Assembly (NCBI GenBank): GCA_902548635.1
Contig: CACCSH010000005.1
Span: 9,398 to 73,397, forward strand
DNA: 64,000 nt
Reading direction: 5' to 3'
From: an uncultured SAR116 cluster alpha proteobacterium
GTDB lineage: Bacteria; Pseudomonadota; Alphaproteobacteria; Puniceispirillales; Marisalimonadaceae
Under the pieces are notes generated by a model. It was given only the letters and a program-made list of their open reading frames with translations. It did no database searches and was not told where the DNA came from. This document shows positions 63,436-64,000 of the stretch, in pieces (within the stretch, counting starts at the first letter, position 1; each line of letters begins with the position of its first letter). The position numbers were made by a program, and so were the translations under genes.

Positions 63436-64000
63436 TTGAGCGAATTTAATTATTCACCAATGTTTCCACTTTTAAAAGACTGTACTGAATATATAAAGAT
63501 ATCAGATTCTTATGTTAAAACCTCTCTAATAAATGATATTGAAATTTTAACAGTAGACCCTGAAGCTCTAACTTTACTTTCCCAAAGAGCTTTTAAAGAC
63601 GTGTCCCACTTATTAAGAAAATCACATTTACAGCAACTTAGAGATATACTTGAGGATAAAGATGCGTCTGAAAATGATCAATTTGTTGCCCTAACAATGT
63701 TAAAGAATGCGAATATATCTTCTTCAGGCGTGCTACCTATGTGTCAAGATACCGGTACAGCTATTATTTTAGGCTATAAGGGTGAAAAAGTTTTTACGAA
63801 TACAGATGACGGAAAACATTTATCATTAGGTGTTTATAATACTTATCAAGAAAATAATTTACGCTTTTCTCAATTAGCACCTTTGTCAATGTTTCAAGAA
63901 AAAAATACGGCTAACAACTTACCCGCTGAAATTAGTTTATTTGCTTCAGAAGGACAAGAATATAAATTTGCATTTGTTCAAAAAGGTGGTGGATCTGCCA
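63436..64000 (+). CDS. Class I (Fe-S) fumarate hydratase, 5' part
   Basis: TTG start after AGGAG: [12 protein letters not shown]...ASENDQFVA...[10 protein letters not shown]...NLRFSQLAP...NLPA...KGGGSA; runs off the window. Confidence 0.93.
   Translation, partial: MSEFNYSPMFPLLKDCTEYIKISDSYVKTSLINDIEILTVDPEALTLLSQRAFKDVSHLLRKSHLQQLRDILEDKDASENDQFVALTMLKNANISSSGVLPMCQDTGTAIILGYKGEKVFTNTDDGKHLSLGVYNTYQENNLRFSQLAPLSMFQEKNTANNLPAEISLFASEGQEYKFAFVQKGGGSA

Overview
AT-rich, densely coded chromosomal segment of an alphaproteobacterium. Evidence: permuted two-piece tmRNA, GTTC-N7-GTTC SOS box, hemA-type ALA synthase, single-Cys DksA. A streamlined marine lineage is likely but is inference. Most of the window is housekeeping: alaS (partial), recA, dksA, hemA-hemH, tRNA-Gly, amtB-glnK, queA-tgt-queG, kdsD, NAD kinase, an rrf2-sufBCDST-sufA-atm1 operon, hspQ, rpmF, a stand-alone tRNA-Ala(TGC), trhO, alkA, a CysQ-Sua5 fusion, lptD, divergent glmS/glmU, mreBCD-mrdA-rodA-sbmA, ilvIHC, miaA, serB, degP, hflKC, mrp, thyA-folA, ssrA-sspB and a class I fumarase (partial). 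The accessory region is ~33.3-40.2 kb, directly downstream of glmS. It holds the main finding: a 1456-bp integrase-less cassette bounded by the glmS tail (SVTVE*) and a second, wobble-recoded SVTVE*, with perfect 14-bp inverted repeats that rebuild a symmetric 58-bp serine-integrase-type attP centred on an AC dinucleotide. Three copies (one intact, two decayed) of a small stand-alone 'Recombinase-domain' gene lie in the same region. Together these suggest a tandem cassette array integrating into the glmS 3' end. The island also carries a yhbY pseudogene, an inverted-domain photolyase and two small unannotated ORFs.
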